This document shows positions 60,572 to 64,000 of a DNA stretch of 64,000 nt, piece after piece; within the stretch, counting starts at the first letter, position 1; every line of letters begins with the position of its first letter. The translations under genes were made by a program, and so were the position numbers. The stretch is from NCBI RefSeq assembly GCF_039654945.1, contig NW_027361797.1:43462001-43526000 (forward strand), written 5' to 3'. The notes beneath the pieces are model-generated. The model was not told where the DNA came from, did not search any database, and saw nothing but the letters and a program-made list of their open reading frames with translations. The stretch is from Dendrobates tinctorius (lineage: Eukaryota).

Positions 60572-63500
60572 ATCTAATATATAAAGCTCAAAGTGTGTAT
60601 GTACGGGACAGGCATCCGCACCGTCGCAGCTACAGCCACAAAATTTGGCACAGTCACACGTCTGGACCCCGAGAGCGTTCTAAGCTATGTTGTGAGGCGA
60701 AATTTTAACCCCGCGTGTTCCAATTCACCAAACAATTTTGCCCCTATCTACATACTGGGGAAAAAGTGTGCGCGTGAAACCCTGCCCCTCATTATGATGT
60801 CATAATGCCCCTATTTGCATACTGGGGAAACTGTGTGCGTGTCAAGCCCCGCCCCTCATTATGATGTCACAATGGTTGACTATGGAATGGAGGATGTGTG
60901 ATGGGTATATGGGCACTGGACTATGGGATGGAGGATGTGTGATGGGTATATGGGCACTGGACTATGGGATGGAGGATGTGTGATGGGTATATGCGCACTG
61001 GACTATGGGATGGAGGATGTGTGATGGGTATATGGGCACTGGACTATGGGATGGAGGATGTGTGATGGGTATATGCGCACTGGACTATGGGATGGAGGAT
61101 GTGTGATGGGTATATGGGCACTGGACTATGGGATGGAGGATGTGTGATGGGTATATGGGCACTGGACTATGGGATGGAGGATGTGTGATGGGTATATGGG
61201 CACTGGACTATGGGATGGAGGATGTGTGATGGGTATATGGGCACTGGACTATGGGATGGCGGATATGTGTGATGGGTATATGGGCACTGGACTATGGGAT
61301 GGCGGATATGTATGATGGGTATATGGGCATGGGACTATGAGATGAAGGATGTGTGATGGGTATATGGGCACTGGCCTATGGGATGGAGGATGTGTGACGG
61401 GTATATGGGCACTGGCCTATGGGATGGAGGATGTGTGATGGGTATATGGGCAGTGGACTATGGGATGGAGGATGTGTGATGGGTATATGGGCACTGGACT
61501 ATGGGATGGCGGATATGTGTGATGGGTATATGGGCACTGGACTATGGGATGACGGATATGTATGATGGGTATATGGGCATGGGACTATGAGATGAAGGAT
61601 GTGTGATGGGTATATGGGCACTGGCCTATGGGATGGAGGATGTGTGACGGGTATATGGGCACGGGACTATGGGATGGACGATATGTATGACCAGTATATG
61701 GGCACGGGACTATGGGATGGAGGATGTGTGATGGGCACTGGACTATGGCATGGAGGATATGTATGATGGGTATATGGGCACTGGACTATGGGATGGAGGA
61801 TATGTATGATGGGTATATGGGCACTGGACTATGGGATGGAAGATATGTATGATGGGTATATGGGCACGGGACTATGGGATGGAGAATATGTATGATGGGT
61901 ATATGGGCATGGGCCTATGGGATCGTGGATATGTATGATGGGTTTATGGGCACGGAACTATGGGATGGAGGATGTGTGATGGGTATATGGGCATGGGACT
62001 ATGGGATGGAGGATGTGTGATGGGTATATGGGCACTCGACTGTGGGATGGCGAATATGTACTGTATGATGGGTATATGGGCATGGGACTATGGGATGGAG
62101 GATGTGTGATGGGTATATGGGCACTCGACTATGTGATGAAGGATATGTATGATGGGTATATGGGCACGGGCCCATGGGATCGTGGATATGTATGATGGGT
62201 TTATGGGCACGGAACTATGGGATGGAGGATGTGTGATGGTTATATGGGCATGGGACTATGGGATGGAGGATGTGTGATGGGTATATGAGCACTCGACTAT
62301 GGGATGGAGGATATGTATGATGGGTATATGGGCACGGGACTATGGGATGGCGGATATGTATATGGGCACAGGACTATGGGATGGAGGATGTGTGATGGGT
62401 ACTTGACTATGGGATGGATGATATGTTTGTGGGTATATGGGCACGGGACTATGGGATCGCGGATATGTATATGGGCACGGGACAAAGGGATGGAGGATGT
62501 GTGATGGGTATATGGGCACTGGACTATGGGATGGAGGATATGTATGACGGGTATATGGGCACGGGACTATGGGATGGCGGATATGTATGATGGGTATATG
62601 GGCACGGGACTATGGGATGGAGGATATGTATGATGGGTATATGGGCATGGGTCTATGAGATGAAGGATGTGTGATGGGTATATGGGCACTCGACTATGGG
62701 ATGGAGGATATGTATGACGGGTATATGGGCACGGGACTATGGGATGGAGGATGTGTGATGGGTATATGGGCACTGGACTATGGGATGGAGGATATGTATG
62801 ACCGGTATATGGCCACGGGACTATGGGATGGAGGATGTGTGATGGGTATATGGGCACTGGACTATGGGATGGAGGATATGTATGATGGGTATATGGGCAC
62901 GGGACTATGGGATGGAGGATATGTATGATGGGTATATGGGCACGGGACTATGGGATGGAGGATATGTATGATGGGTATATGGGCATGGGACTATGGGATG
63001 GAGGATAAGTATGATGGGTATATGGGCATGGGACTATGGGATGGAGGATAAGTATGATGGGTATATGGGCATGGGACTCTGGGATGGAGGATGTGTGATG
63101 GGTATATGGGCATGGGACTATGGGATGGAGGATGTGTGATGGGTATATGGGCACTGGACTTTGGGATGGAGGATATGTATGATGGGAATATGGGCATGGG
63201 CCTATGGGATCGTGGATATGTATGATGGGTTTATGGCCACGGAACTATGGGATGGAGGATGTGTGATGGGTATATGGGCATGGGACTATGGGATGGAGGA
63301 TGTGTGATGGGTATATGGGCACTCGACTATGGGATGGCGAATATGTACTGTATGATGGGTATATGGGCATGGGACTATGGGATGGAGGATATGTATGATG
63401 GGTATATGGGCACAGGCCCATGGGATCGTGGATATGTATGATGGGTTTATGGGCACGGAACTATGGGATGGAGTATGTGTGATGGTTATATGGGCATGGG

Positions 63501-64000
63501 ACTATGGGATGGAGGATGTGTGATGGGTATATGGGCACTCGACTATGGGATGGAGGATATGTATGACGGGTATATGGGCACTCGACTATGGGATGGAGGA
63601 TATGTATATGGGCACGGGACTATGGGATGGAGGATGTGTGATGGGTATATGGGCACTGGACTATGGGATGGAGGATATGTATGACGGGTATATGGGCACG
63701 GGACTATGGGATGGCGGATATGTATGATTGGTATATGGGCACGGGACTATGGGATGGAGGATATGTATGATGGGTATATGGGCATGGGACTATGAGATGA
63801 AGGATGTGTGATGGGTATATGGGCACTCGACTATGGGATGGCGAATATGTATGATGGTATATAGGCATGGGACTATGGGATGGAGGATGTGTGATAGGCC
63901 CGTGCCCATATACCCATCACACATCCTCCATCCCATAGTCCCATGCCTATATACCATCATACATATTCGCCATCCCATAGTCGAGTGCCCATATACCCAT
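60568..64000 (+). mobile_element. Helitron-N with ~3-kb expanded minisatellite (60878-64000)
   Basis: 5' A|TCTATCTAATATATAAAGC; unit GACTATGGGATGGAGGAT(ATGT/GT)..GATGGGTATATGGGCAC.., about 38-42 bp. Confidence 0.75.

Noticed and set aside
60878-64000. Short M/G/D/Y/W-rich ORFs
   Set aside because: Translations of the minisatellite.

Overview
Vertebrate genomic DNA, very probably a frog: the repeat complement is L2/CR1, L1, DIRS, Ty3/Gypsy, Penelope-like, Tc1, hAT, Kolobok/T2 and Harbinger MITEs and Helitron-N. The host content is a tandemly duplicated head-to-head gene pair, an intronless RING-Bbox-coiled-coil-B30.2 TRIM gene (-) and THUMPD1 (+). Copy 1 (about 8.1-17.7 kb) is a pseudogene pair. 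In copy 2 (about 56.3-60.3 kb) the TRIM frame is open except for one TGA in the RING that copy 1 shares, and THUMPD1 exon 1 is intact. Between the copies one DIRS retrotransposon (about 20.0-56.3 kb) has been inflated to 36 kb by nested insertions: a solo LTR, two L2s, a Penelope-like palindrome with a hammerhead motif, a Helitron-N, a MITE, and an L1 that itself holds three LTR families. The two most unusual items are (1) a young 4-kb LTR element with no recognisable gag/pol (31141-35134), whose single ORF ends in a cold-shock-like domain and which shares its tRNA-Ser PBS with the adjacent Gypsy family, and (2) a 508-bp TSD-flanked insert in a THUMPD1 intron (15995-16502) that folds into a long imperfect rod with an embedded hammerhead-like core. 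All calls come from reading the sequence by eye; no searches or folding programs were run.
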